Part shown: positions 19,149 through 27,792 of the stretch, in pieces
Numbering within the stretch: position 1 is the stretch's first letter
How the letters are laid out: each line of letters begins with the position of its first letter
Source of the DNA: Candidatus Micrarchaeota archaeon
GTDB taxonomy: Archaea > B1Sed10-29 > B47-G15
DNA length: 64,000 nt
Assembly: GCA_003660975.1 (NCBI GenBank)
Contig: QMVG01000005.1
Coordinates: 1-64,000, forward strand
Direction: 5' to 3'
Notes under the pieces: model-generated
Databases searched by the model: none
What the model was told of the DNA's origin: nothing
Seen by the model: only the letters and a program-made list of their open reading frames with translations
Position numbers and translations under genes: made by a program

Positions 19149-19442
19149 ATGATGACCAGTTATAAGAGATTAGGAGATAATAAAGCATTTTGGTTTTGCG
19201 ATCCAAATGGCATTAGAATAGGGGATGTAGCCAGAAGCTTTACAGAATTCAAGAGAAAGTTGCGAATAGTTCCTTTGTCCTCTATTGAATATCACATGTA
19301 CAGAGAGGAGATCAGCGACTTTGAAAAATGGCTCAGGAAGGTTTTGAGAAGGACAAAATATGCAAACAAGATAGCCAAGATAAGAGAAAGCAGAATATAT
19401 GGAGAGGACCTGAGGAAAGCATTGTTGAGGGCACTTCGTTAA
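19149..19442 (+). CDS. second DUF5752-like protein (tandem paralog)
   Basis: AFWF...ARSFTEF...VPLSSIEYHM...SDFEKWL; SD GAGGTG before ATG 19149. Confidence 0.72.
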   Translation: MMTSYKRLGDNKAFWFCDPNGIRIGDVARSFTEFKRKLRIVPLSSIEYHMYREEISDFEKWLRKVLRRTKYANKIAKIRESRIYGEDLRKALLRALR

Positions 19443-20155
19443 CTGAAATGAATTTTATTTTTCAATAACTTTTCAAAGAACTCTGGCTTTTCAAGGAATA
19501 TCTGGTCCAGCTGTTTATCTGAAAGCATTTGCTTAGGTCTTATCTTGTTTATTTCAGGAAAGAAGTCATAATTTGGATTTTTAATAAATTTCTCTCCTTT
19601 GATTAAATAATAACAAAAGCCATGCCTTTTTTTAACAGTTTCATAATCGTGTTGCATTGATTCTCTGGCATTTATATCCAGGGTTAGCAAGGCTTCCTTT
19701 CCTGTATTTACAAGAATGTGGCCGTAATTTGGAGCTATAAAAACCTTGTCTCCTTTCTTTATTTTCACAAATTTGAATATCTTCATGTTTCTGTGTTGGA
19801 GGAGAAAGGCCCCTTCGCCAGACAATACTTCATATATCTCGGGATAGCTGTCATTTGTTCCCGGGACATTTATGTGGTAATGCCCAATTGTTCTTATATA
19901 CTCTTTCCCAACAAAACCAGGGCGCAGTAATGTGAGGTTTAATGTTAGGTCGTGCTTGTCAGCAATTCTTTTTGCATCGCTATTCAGTCTCTCAATTGAG
20001 CGGTACATGAGATATAAGGGCTGCCTCTCTTTTCTTAATGCTTCATCGTCCATGTAGAAACCTATTGCATCTTCAGGCATTCTGCTGCTGTAATCTAATT
20101 CAAGGGACAACTTGAGGCCTTCAATCTCAAAACTCTTGCCGAATACTTCCATCAC
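19439..20155 (-). CDS. cupin-type glucose-6-phosphate isomerase
   Basis: EYIRTIGHYH, YPEIYEVLSGEG and PNYGHILVN are cupin-PGI metal motifs. Confidence 0.88.
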   Translation of the reverse strand: MMEVFGKSFEIEGLKLSLELDYSSRMPEDAIGFYMDDEALRKERQPLYLMYRSIERLNSDAKRIADKHDLTLNLTLLRPGFVGKEYIRTIGHYHINVPGTNDSYPEIYEVLSGEGAFLLQHRNMKIFKFVKIKKGDKVFIAPNYGHILVNTGKEALLTLDINARESMQHDYETVKKRHGFCYYLIKGEKFIKNPNYDFFPEINKIRPKQMLSDKQLDQIFLEKPEFFEKLLKNKIHFS

Positions 20156-20233
20156 AGCTCTTAATCAGAGGGATTATAAAAAGATTGGCATACCATTATA
20201 TTAACAAAAAACAGAAAAATATTGGTGATGAAG

Positions 20234-20596
20234 ATGAAAAATCTTTTGCTGGCAGCATTAATTATAGGCATTTTTATTGTAAATACGGGTTGCATTTCGT
20301 ATTTTGAAGATGTAAAAGACTATTTCTCTCCGTACATCAAGACAGTTATGTCCAAAGAGTCTAAACCAGCAGGAGGGCCTTGTGATTATGATGGAGATTG
20401 TAATTCCTGGGAATATTGTGACTCCCATATCTGCAAGCCAAGGCCTGGCTTCTGCAACAGCATCGATGATTGCGAGGAGTGGCAGAGATGTTCTGAAGAG
20501 CACCGTTGTGTCTTAAAGCCAAGCAGGTGCAATTCCGATTTAGATTGCCCATTGGCAAGACCGCACTGCGACGAGGAACATTACTGCAACAGGTGA
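20234..20596 (+). CDS. secreted Cys-rich repeat (lipo)protein
   Basis: Signal peptide ending TGC, then three repeats of C-x5-C-x5/6-C-x4/5-C. Confidence 0.72.
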   Translation: MKNLLLAALIIGIFIVNTGCISYFEDVKDYFSPYIKTVMSKESKPAGGPCDYDGDCNSWEYCDSHICKPRPGFCNSIDDCEEWQRCSEEHRCVLKPSRCNSDLDCPLARPHCDEEHYCNR

Positions 20597-20600
20597 AGCA

Positions 20601-21131
20601 ATGGCAAAGGACTACTCCTTTACTGTAAAAAAAGGGAGAAAGACTCTTCTAGTGAAGTTGCCGTCTGATGTTGATGTTAACACAAAGGAGATAATAATTA
20701 ATACAGTCAAGCAGACTGTGGATAAAAAATATCAAAGAAAAGCGCTTGAGCGCATAGAGTTCCTATTGTCAGAGATAGATGTCTTGATAGAGCACTTGAA
20801 AAAGGAGGGCATTTACGATAAGCATTTGGAGTATATCATAAGGGAGATACTTGGCCAAAACATGATGAAAGGCATAGAATTAGCAAAGAAATACGCTGGT
20901 TCTCCAGAAGACCTTCTTTCAATAATTGAAAGCGGCAACATAAATTTTGAGCCAGTTTTAGAGAACATTGGCCTTGACAAGAGAAAGGCCGCCCGTTTTA
21001 TTATTCACTCAATGGAGCTTGGCAGGCTTGCTTATGAGACTGGCTTGGCTGTGAGCGCTTTTGTAAATATGGACAAATTAAAGAGATACTTGAAAAAACT
21101 AGAGAAAGAAAGCCAATTGTATTTTCTGTAG
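20601..21131 (+). CDS. hypothetical protein
   Basis: 176-aa ORF, SD AGGTGA, co-oriented with neighbours. Confidence 0.7.
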   Translation: MAKDYSFTVKKGRKTLLVKLPSDVDVNTKEIIINTVKQTVDKKYQRKALERIEFLLSEIDVLIEHLKKEGIYDKHLEYIIREILGQNMMKGIELAKKYAGSPEDLLSIIESGNINFEPVLENIGLDKRKAARFIIHSMELGRLAYETGLAVSAFVNMDKLKRYLKKLEKESQLYFL

Positions 21132-21148
21132 TGTGGGGATTGATATAT

Positions 21149-21943
21149 GTGCAGATTGTCAGGATACATGCAAAAAGAGCGTTTACTCCCACTAAGATTC
21201 CTGGCGCGGATTATGTCATAAACCAATATATAGGTTGCCAACATGCATGCATGTACTGTTATGCTAGATTTATGTGCAAGTGGTACAATTATGGGGAGTG
21301 GGGCTCTTGGATTGTTGTTAAAGAAAATCTTCCAAAGCTAGTTAAAAAAGAGAAGGTGAAAGGAGAGGTTTATATGTCAAGCGTTAGCGACCCATATCAA
21401 CCTATTGAAAAGCAGTTAGAGCTTACAAGAGCTGTTTTGCAGAATATGGATAAAAACATAAAGCTTGGCATCTTAACCAAGTCCAGTATGGTATTGAGGG
21501 ATATTGATGTTTTTAAGCAGTTCAAAGATATTGAGATAGGCCTGACGGTTAACAATTTTAACAAGGATATAAAAAAAGAAATAGAGCCATTTTCATCAGA
21601 TAATAAGAAGAGGTTAGAAGCTTTGAAAGTGCTTCACGAAGAGGGCATTAAAAATTACGCTTTTGTATCGCCTATAATCCCTGGCTTGACAGATGTGGAA
21701 AAATTGATTAAAGAAAGCAGGAGCTTTACAGACTTTTACTGGTTTGAATTTCTTAACTTAAGAGCGAGCGGTAAGCAATTCAAGCAGTGGTTAAAGCAAA
21801 ACTGGCCAGAAAGCTATAAAAAAGTATCAGACAAAAGCAAGATTAAGGAGTATATGAATAAGGTTATAGATATAATCCGCAAGAGTAATATATCTGTTAG
21901 AGGAATTGTAACCCATTATCCAAACTTTGTGATCCTAAAATAA
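21149..21943 (+). CDS. radical SAM protein, spore photoproduct lyase-like family
   Basis: NQYIGCQHACMYCYA (CxxxCxxC), SSVSDPYQPIE, ILTKS. Confidence 0.88.
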   Translation: MQIVRIHAKRAFTPTKIPGADYVINQYIGCQHACMYCYARFMCKWYNYGEWGSWIVVKENLPKLVKKEKVKGEVYMSSVSDPYQPIEKQLELTRAVLQNMDKNIKLGILTKSSMVLRDIDVFKQFKDIEIGLTVNNFNKDIKKEIEPFSSDNKKRLEALKVLHEEGIKNYAFVSPIIPGLTDVEKLIKESRSFTDFYWFEFLNLRASGKQFKQWLKQNWPESYKKVSDKSKIKEYMNKVIDIIRKSNISVRGIVTHYPNFVILK

Positions 21944-22064
21944 AAGGCGCTGCTATGAAGGGTTTAAAGAGACTGAGGATTAAGGCCTTATACTGTTATC
22001 AGAAAATAAAATAATCTTCACGCTTCACTATAAGCTTTAAATATATTTCTAGTGTAATTCTATC

Positions 22065-24638
22065 ATGGCAAAAATTTTACCATTTTTAAGAGATGTGTTT
22101 TTGCTAACTGTGTTTATCTCTTTACTCTTCAGCACAGCTCTGGCCCAAGGAGAGCTTTTTGGCAAGGTGCTTGATGATAACGGCAGGCCATTGGCAGCTG
22201 TTGAGATAACTGCCATGTCTGTAGGTGCTTGTAGAGGCTCCACGCGCTTTTATTACGACATTACAGACTCAAGCGGAAACTATGACATAAAGTACATGTG
22301 CCTGTCGCATGACAATAAGATGCGCTATCTCGTAGTGCCTTACAAACAGGGATATTATTATGAGAAAGGAGCTGCGGATGTGGAGGTTTCGGAAACAGCA
22401 ACAGAACTAGACATAATTATGAAAAAAGAAGCCAATTCCAGCATAGGAGGTTATGTTTACTATTCAAACAGCAAGATTGCAAATGCAAGGGTTGTATTGA
22501 AAAACAAGGAAAAAGGAATTGACTTATTTAATGTCACAAGCCAGGAAGGGCTCTACAATATAAGCTCTTTGGAAGCAGGGAATTACGAAATACAGGCCAG
22601 TTATAATAATTTGTACTACGCCTCTTCTGTTGACCTGCCTGAAGACACAGACCTCAGGTTTGATATAACACTAAAAGAAGCGCTGCCAGACATAGTGCTT
22701 AAGGACTTCACAATTGAGGAGGAGCTTGAGCAGGGAGAGGCCACTGAGATTTCTTATGAAATTGCCAATGAGGGCCACGCGCGTTCGTCTTCCTTTACTG
22801 TCAAAATTTATGATGGAGACGAGTTAATTGAAGAGGAAGAGATAGGGGGCCTTGATGTCAATGAGAAAACAAAAATTTCATTTGACTATGAATTCTATGA
22901 CATTGGCAGGCACGAGATAAAGGTGGTTCTTGACGCTGACAATGATGTCGTAGAGGAGAATGAAGACAACAATGAATATGTTTTTTATGTGAATGTAAAA
23001 GAAGGACATGGAGCTTATCTAAAGCCCTACTGCGATGTAAAAACAGACAGTTACGGTTATACTGAAATAAGGGCCAGAGCAGGATACTATGAAAACGGAG
23101 GTTTTTACTGTTATGGAAGCAATGTCACAGCAAAAATAAAAGACTTCACATATGAACTTCACAGGCATTATAATTGTGATTACTCCAAGCTTGTCTTGCT
23201 GCCAATCGGCACTTATAAGGTAGAGTTTAATGCAGAGTTCCCGAATGGCAAGGAAGAGAAGGATTACTGCCATATTACTGTCGGAAACCAGAGCCAGCTA
23301 GAGCTTATGATTGACAGCCCAGCCAATAACAGCGAGATAACACCTTCCTCTAAGCTTGATTTGGTAGCACATCTTTTGCTTTTAGGGAATGTTATAAGAG
23401 AAGGCAACCTTACCGTTACTTTGAAGAGGGGTAGTGTTGAGGTAGAGAAAACAGAATTGCATCCAGACAAGCATGGTTTTTACAGGGGAAGCCTTGATAT
23501 CCCAGATAAAGAAGCTTTGTATGAACTAGTCTTTGACTATGAAAAAAAGCCGTGGACGAAGGAAAGCAAGATATACCTCAATGTTTCAGCTGCTGCTAGG
23601 AACATAAGCTTAGGCAGAGCCATGAAGATAGACATCATTTCACCAAAAGCAATGACATACGAAATTGGAGAAAACATGAGCATATCTGTAAGAGTGTATG
23701 ACAGCCGAGCATCCATAATAACTGATGCAAATCTCAGTGCTAGGATATTTAGAGGAAACGTGGAAATAGACAGAGTTTCAATTCCATATGTTAAATATGT
23801 ATACGTGAAGCCATATAACTTTACTGGAGCAGGCAATTACAAAATAATAATTGAAGCCAAGGCAGCTTCTTTGAAGGCAAGTGCTGAGAGAAGATTTACC
23901 ATCAGCAAAGCTGCATTAGAAAATATATCGCAAGAAGGGCCTTTGAGAGTTGATATTATATCACCAAAGTCTGATGTTTATCCTGAGAACTCAAGTATTA
24001 TGGTTTTGGCAAAAGTAAGCTATGAGGGAGACCCAGTGAATAACGCAAACGTGACTGCAAGCTTTGGCGGAAGGCTTATACAAATGAGGTACCATCGTTT
24101 TGGAGAATATGTTGCTGTTTTGCCACCGCGGGAGACAGGCAGGTATGAGTTATGGGTTCAGGCAGAGTATAACAATTACAGCGCGAGGGATAAGGTTGAG
24201 TTTATGTTAAGTAAAAATCTGATTAGCGTGAGGGTTAAGCATCCTGAGAACAACAGTGCACTAAACTTTACTGATGGTCAAAAGCTTTTGATAAGGGCAG
24301 ATGTCTTAGACATCAGAGGAGATGTCGTCGTAAATGCTGAAGTGATTACTCATATCAGGGAGCCAACAGGAAGAGTGCATGAAATGAGGGCTTTCCAAGA
24401 CCCGAACACTGGCGAATATATAACAATATTTTATCCAAACGACAATGGTGTCTATCATATCTCAATAACTGCTTCGAAACCAGGATATGTGAGCGGAGTG
24501 CAAGAAAGCTCTTTCACTATAACATTCAGAGAGAAATCATGGCTTGCTGCAATGACATGGAAAACCTTATTAACTTTGCTGTTGTTAATGGGAATAATAC
24601 TAATCTTGCTTGCCATTGTTAAAGGATTGTTGTTCTAA
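22065..24638 (+). CDS. large cell-surface protein (carboxypeptidase-regulatory-like, CARDB and tandem Ig-like domains; C-terminal TM anchor)
   Basis: Signal peptide; GKVLDDNGRPL; CARDB-like PDIVL...DADNDVVEENEDNN; repeated DIISPK-type domain starts; many N-x-S/T sequons; hydrophobic C-terminus. Confidence 0.8.
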   Translation: MAKILPFLRDVFLLTVFISLLFSTALAQGELFGKVLDDNGRPLAAVEITAMSVGACRGSTRFYYDITDSSGNYDIKYMCLSHDNKMRYLVVPYKQGYYYEKGAADVEVSETATELDIIMKKEANSSIGGYVYYSNSKIANARVVLKNKEKGIDLFNVTSQEGLYNISSLEAGNYEIQASYNNLYYASSVDLPEDTDLRFDITLKEALPDIVLKDFTIEEELEQGEATEISYEIANEGHARSSSFTVKIYDGDELIEEEEIGGLDVNEKTKISFDYEFYDIGRHEIKVVLDADNDVVEENEDNNEYVFYVNVKEGHGAYLKPYCDVKTDSYGYTEIRARAGYYENGGFYCYGSNVTAKIKDFTYELHRHYNCDYSKLVLLPIGTYKVEFNAEFPNGKEEKDYCHITVGNQSQLELMIDSPANNSEITPSSKLDLVAHLLLLGNVIREGNLTVTLKRGSVEVEKTELHPDKHGFYRGSLDIPDKEALYELVFDYEKKPWTKESKIYLNVSAAARNISLGRAMKIDIISPKAMTYEIGENMSISVRVYDSRASIITDANLSARIFRGNVEIDRVSIPYVKYVYVKPYNFTGAGNYKIIIEAKAASLKASAERRFTISKAALENISQEGPLRVDIISPKSDVYPENSSIMVLAKVSYEGDPVNNANVTASFGGRLIQMRYHRFGEYVAVLPPRETGRYELWVQAEYNNYSARDKVEFMLSKNLISVRVKHPENNSALNFTDGQKLLIRADVLDIRGDVVVNAEVITHIREPTGRVHEMRAFQDPNTGEYITIFYPNDNGVYHISITASKPGYVSGVQESSFTITFREKSWLAAMTWKTLLTLLLLMGIILILLAIVKGLLF

Positions 24639-25750
24639 TTTTTAGATAATTTTTGTAAGGCTTTCAAGATTACATCATATGAAGCATTTGTTTTTATCCC
24701 ATTACTATTAAAATGTGTCCTTGAAACCCTATAGCCCTCCTTTCTAAGCGCTGCCATTATGTCTGCTATTTTTGGGCAAGATACCTTATTTACTTTTGCA
24801 AGGTAGTGAAGGTTGTAATGCAAGAAAGGTAATCTGATTTCTTCTTTAAGTGTTGAAAACAACATGCTCTTGTCTTTAATCGTATCAATGACGGTGCTGT
24901 CACCAAGTTCACCAATCCACAACGGACCTATATGAATTAAATCTGCCCCGCAGTCGCAATTTTTTGCTCTTTCTTCCCATAATCCACTTACATGTCTCCT
25001 GTCACATTTGGGACACCACGAAATAAAACCCATCTTCTTTAATCCCCTATTAACTCTTTTGTTTCCTGGCATCACTCTCAAAAACACCCTATAGTAATGT
25101 ATGTTTGCGTACGACAGGATAGGTTCTATTGATAAGGAATTCTTGGCAAATTCCCTAAATATACTACCTATCAGGCCCCTCAACCCTATTTCGTGTTTCA
25201 TGCTTGTTTTATGAGATATATATGAGTACTTTCTGAAGCAGGCCCTTGGAAAACTGCCAGATAGCGCTCCTGGGTCTGTAGCAGTAGCGCAAATCAAACC
25301 ATTTTTAGCCCTTACTGCCTTGCTGGCATTAAACACAAAATTAATAGGACTACCAAAGGGGTCTATGTCTATACAATCAAAGTTTTCTGCTCTCTTTTCT
25401 AAAAGAAAGTGGTTTGCTTCATCTATTGATGTCCTTATGCTCACAGCGTTTAATTCAGCGTTTTTTTTCACGATAGCTATGGCAGTGCTTTTGACATCAT
25501 TTGCCCATACAGAAAACTGTTTCCCTTCCTTTGCATATCTAATTGCTCTTGCCCCAGTTGCGCTGAGCAAGTCCAATACCTTTGCTCCGCTGTCTAAAAC
25601 TTCGTTAAGCACTTTTACTGATAGACTTCTGTCAAATGCCATCTTCGGATTGTAGAATACAGGCGCTTTGGAGGGCTCTTTATACACCTCTAAGGAAGGG
25701 ACCAACAACCTGCTTTCTCCTTCTTTTATCTCTTCCAGTTGGATTTCCAT
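24635..25750 (-). CDS. trm1: tRNA (guanine-26-N2)-dimethyltransferase
   Basis: PVFYNPKM, LSATGARAIRY, IDIDPFGSP, ATATD, SRTHF. Confidence 0.94.
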   Translation of the reverse strand: MEIQLEEIKEGESRLLVPSLEVYKEPSKAPVFYNPKMAFDRSLSVKVLNEVLDSGAKVLDLLSATGARAIRYAKEGKQFSVWANDVKSTAIAIVKKNAELNAVSIRTSIDEANHFLLEKRAENFDCIDIDPFGSPINFVFNASKAVRAKNGLICATATDPGALSGSFPRACFRKYSYISHKTSMKHEIGLRGLIGSIFREFAKNSLSIEPILSYANIHYYRVFLRVMPGNKRVNRGLKKMGFISWCPKCDRRHVSGLWEERAKNCDCGADLIHIGPLWIGELGDSTVIDTIKDKSMLFSTLKEEIRLPFLHYNLHYLAKVNKVSCPKIADIMAALRKEGYRVSRTHFNSNGIKTNASYDVILKALQKLSKN

Positions 25751-25760
25751 AGAAATCAAC

Positions 25761-25940
25761 TCAATCAGGGTACAATTTCCTTGCTTCTATATTCAATCTT
25801 TCCTTTAATCTTATCAGTAAATTTCTTTGTTCTGGCGTGAGCTTCTTCTCCTCTAACGAGTCGTTAATTTGTTTTATGCCCTGAGCTGTCAGATGAACTG
25901 GATTCATAGAAATAAAAGGATTGTTAACTTTCTTTTTCAT
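25761..25940 (-). CDS. 59-aa hypothetical protein (not in ORF track)
   Basis: MKKKVNNPFISMNPVHLTAQG...EARKLYPD*. The ATG abuts the upstream stop and has SD GGAGG. Confidence 0.55.
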   Translation of the reverse strand: MKKKVNNPFISMNPVHLTAQGIKQINDSLEEKKLTPEQRNLLIRLKERLNIEARKLYPD

Positions 25941-26648
25941 CTACTCAACCTCCTTCACTGCTCTGTGGACCATAACTATTCTGGCGTTTGCTTTTCGCCA
26001 TTTGGTGTTTTTGAATTCTATTTCTTCAACTTCTCTCACAGTGATTATAACCTTATCGCCAACAGCAATGTCATTCAATGAAAGCTCAGCCTCTCGGCTG
26101 GCAGGGATCGTATAAAGTAGAGTATTAGAACTACATTTAAAATCTTCCTTAAAGCTTTTTGGCACTGAACAACTGCAGTTATTCTCTGACTGCGCCAGCA
26201 AGATTGCAGAGTTGACAAGCTCTGGAGCATCCTCAATTACACTTTTTCCACACACGAAGCCCCTAAAATCCTTTAAAGGACTATTTTCAGCATAGAGCAG
26301 GGTATAACCTCCAAGTTTTTGGCTACTTTGGTTTACTGTTAACCATGTCCAAGAAGGGCCTGGATTCTTCTGAAATGTTTCAACGAAGAAGGAAAGCATA
26401 GGTGGCCATAGGTAGAGGTAAAAAACGACTAAAAACAAAGCAGCAAACAGCAGATATAACAAGCGTTTTGCGCTCTTTTTCTTGCTTTCAGCTCTTCTTT
26501 TTTTGTTAAAGACCTGGGAGATTATAAATCTTATTTCCTCTTTATTGTAGCCTCTTTTCACAAGCTTTTTGCTTATGCCTGCCTGTCCTATGCCTTGCTT
26601 GAGCCAATATTCAGAAAGTTCTATTGCATTCTCTATGCGTTCTTCCAT
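25941..26648 (-). CDS. hypothetical single-pass membrane protein
   Basis: N-terminal helical domain (LVKRGYNKEEI), TM segment, Cys-containing extracellular part. Confidence 0.7.
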   Translation of the reverse strand: MEERIENAIELSEYWLKQGIGQAGISKKLVKRGYNKEEIRFIISQVFNKKRRAESKKKSAKRLLYLLFAALFLVVFYLYLWPPMLSFFVETFQKNPGPSWTWLTVNQSSQKLGGYTLLYAENSPLKDFRGFVCGKSVIEDAPELVNSAILLAQSENNCSCSVPKSFKEDFKCSSNTLLYTIPASREAELSLNDIAVGDKVIITVREVEEIEFKNTKWRKANARIVMVHRAVKEVE

Positions 26649-26696
26649 AACTAATTAATATGCTTCTGAATTAATATTATTTATCTGTGATTCGCT

Positions 26697-27338
26697 ATGA
26701 AATACATTTTAGGCATTGATGAGGCTGGAAGAGGGCCGGTTGTAGGACCCATGGTAATAGCAGGAGTACTGCTTGAAAAAGCTTCTGAAAGAAAGTTAAA
26801 ACGTCTTGGGGTTAGGGATTCAAAGATGCTCAGCCCTGCGAGAAGAAGAGAGCTTAGGAAAAAAATATTGGACGAAGCTGTTGAATTCCATTGCATAAGC
26901 ATTAGCCCTCACAGGATTGACAGTAGGAAGGTTTCTCTTAATGAATTAGAGGCCCAGGTAATTGCTGAACTATTGAAAAAGTTTAGGCACAGAATTGACC
27001 ACATCTATATTGACTTGCCAGACCCCAGCGCAGAGTCTTTTATCAACAGAATCAAGAAATACATTGACGTAAAAAGTAAAATAACAGCAGAGCACAAGGC
27101 AGACCTCAAATACCCTGTTGTGGGTGCTGCTTCTATAATTGCAAAGACAGAGAGAGATAAGAGAATAAAGGAATATGAAAAAAAGTATGGGAAGATTGGA
27201 AGTGGTTATCCTTCAGACCCGCGAACAATAAAATTTTTAAAAAAGAACATAAATTTACCCATAATAAGAAAGTCGTGGAGCACTACTCAAAGACTAAAGG
27301 AAAAAGGCAGGCAACGTAAGATAGAAGATTGGTTTTAG
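26697..27338 (+). CDS. rnhB: ribonuclease HII
   Basis: GIDEAGRGPVVGP, DSK, HKAD, AASIIAK, GSGYPSDP. Confidence 0.97.
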   Translation: MKYILGIDEAGRGPVVGPMVIAGVLLEKASERKLKRLGVRDSKMLSPARRRELRKKILDEAVEFHCISISPHRIDSRKVSLNELEAQVIAELLKKFRHRIDHIYIDLPDPSAESFINRIKKYIDVKSKITAEHKADLKYPVVGAASIIAKTERDKRIKEYEKKYGKIGSGYPSDPRTIKFLKKNINLPIIRKSWSTTQRLKEKGRQRKIEDWF

Positions 27339-27751
27339 ACACTTGGTTCTGGCGGCTCTAAGTCTGGGAATAGCTCTTCTTCCTTTTTTTCCTCTTCTTT
27401 CAGTTTTTCTGGGTGAAAGACATAATCAATAAACATATCCGCAAAATTCTTTATACCTTCCTCTGACCATTCATCACTTTCATAGAAGTACTTGAATATA
27501 TTCTTCCCAGTTTCAGCTTCTAACACTGCAAGGCCCTGGTAAAAAGCGTCTATCTTCTCTGTTTCTGACCTTTCTATTTCCGCTATCAAAATCAAGTGTT
27601 CATGTGATGAAAGTTGCTTCAAAAAAGCCAAGCAATCCAAAAGGTCAAGGGCTTTTTTCTTTACGTATGAGACATCCGCAATCTTTTCCTCGACTCTCTT
27701 TATGAAAAAATCAGACAGGTCTGCCCCATACTCTACAATGGCTATGTCCAT
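27335..27751 (-). CDS. acidic hypothetical protein, possibly a degenerate lumazine-synthase/archaeal RibC fold
   Basis: alpha/beta pattern; GLAVLEAETGKNIFKYFYESDE resembles the RibC C-terminal segment (by eye). Confidence 0.55.
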   Translation of the reverse strand: MDIAIVEYGADLSDFFIKRVEEKIADVSYVKKKALDLLDCLAFLKQLSSHEHLILIAEIERSETEKIDAFYQGLAVLEAETGKNIFKYFYESDEWSEEGIKNFADMFIDYVFHPEKLKEEEKKEEELFPDLEPPEPSV

Positions 27752-27792
27752 AAATAAAAATAGGGTTAGGGGGTTTTAAAGCTTATCCCTTC

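Noticed and set aside
21955-22014. 19-codon ORF MKGLKRLRIK...
   Set aside because: No convincing SD or recognisable similarity.
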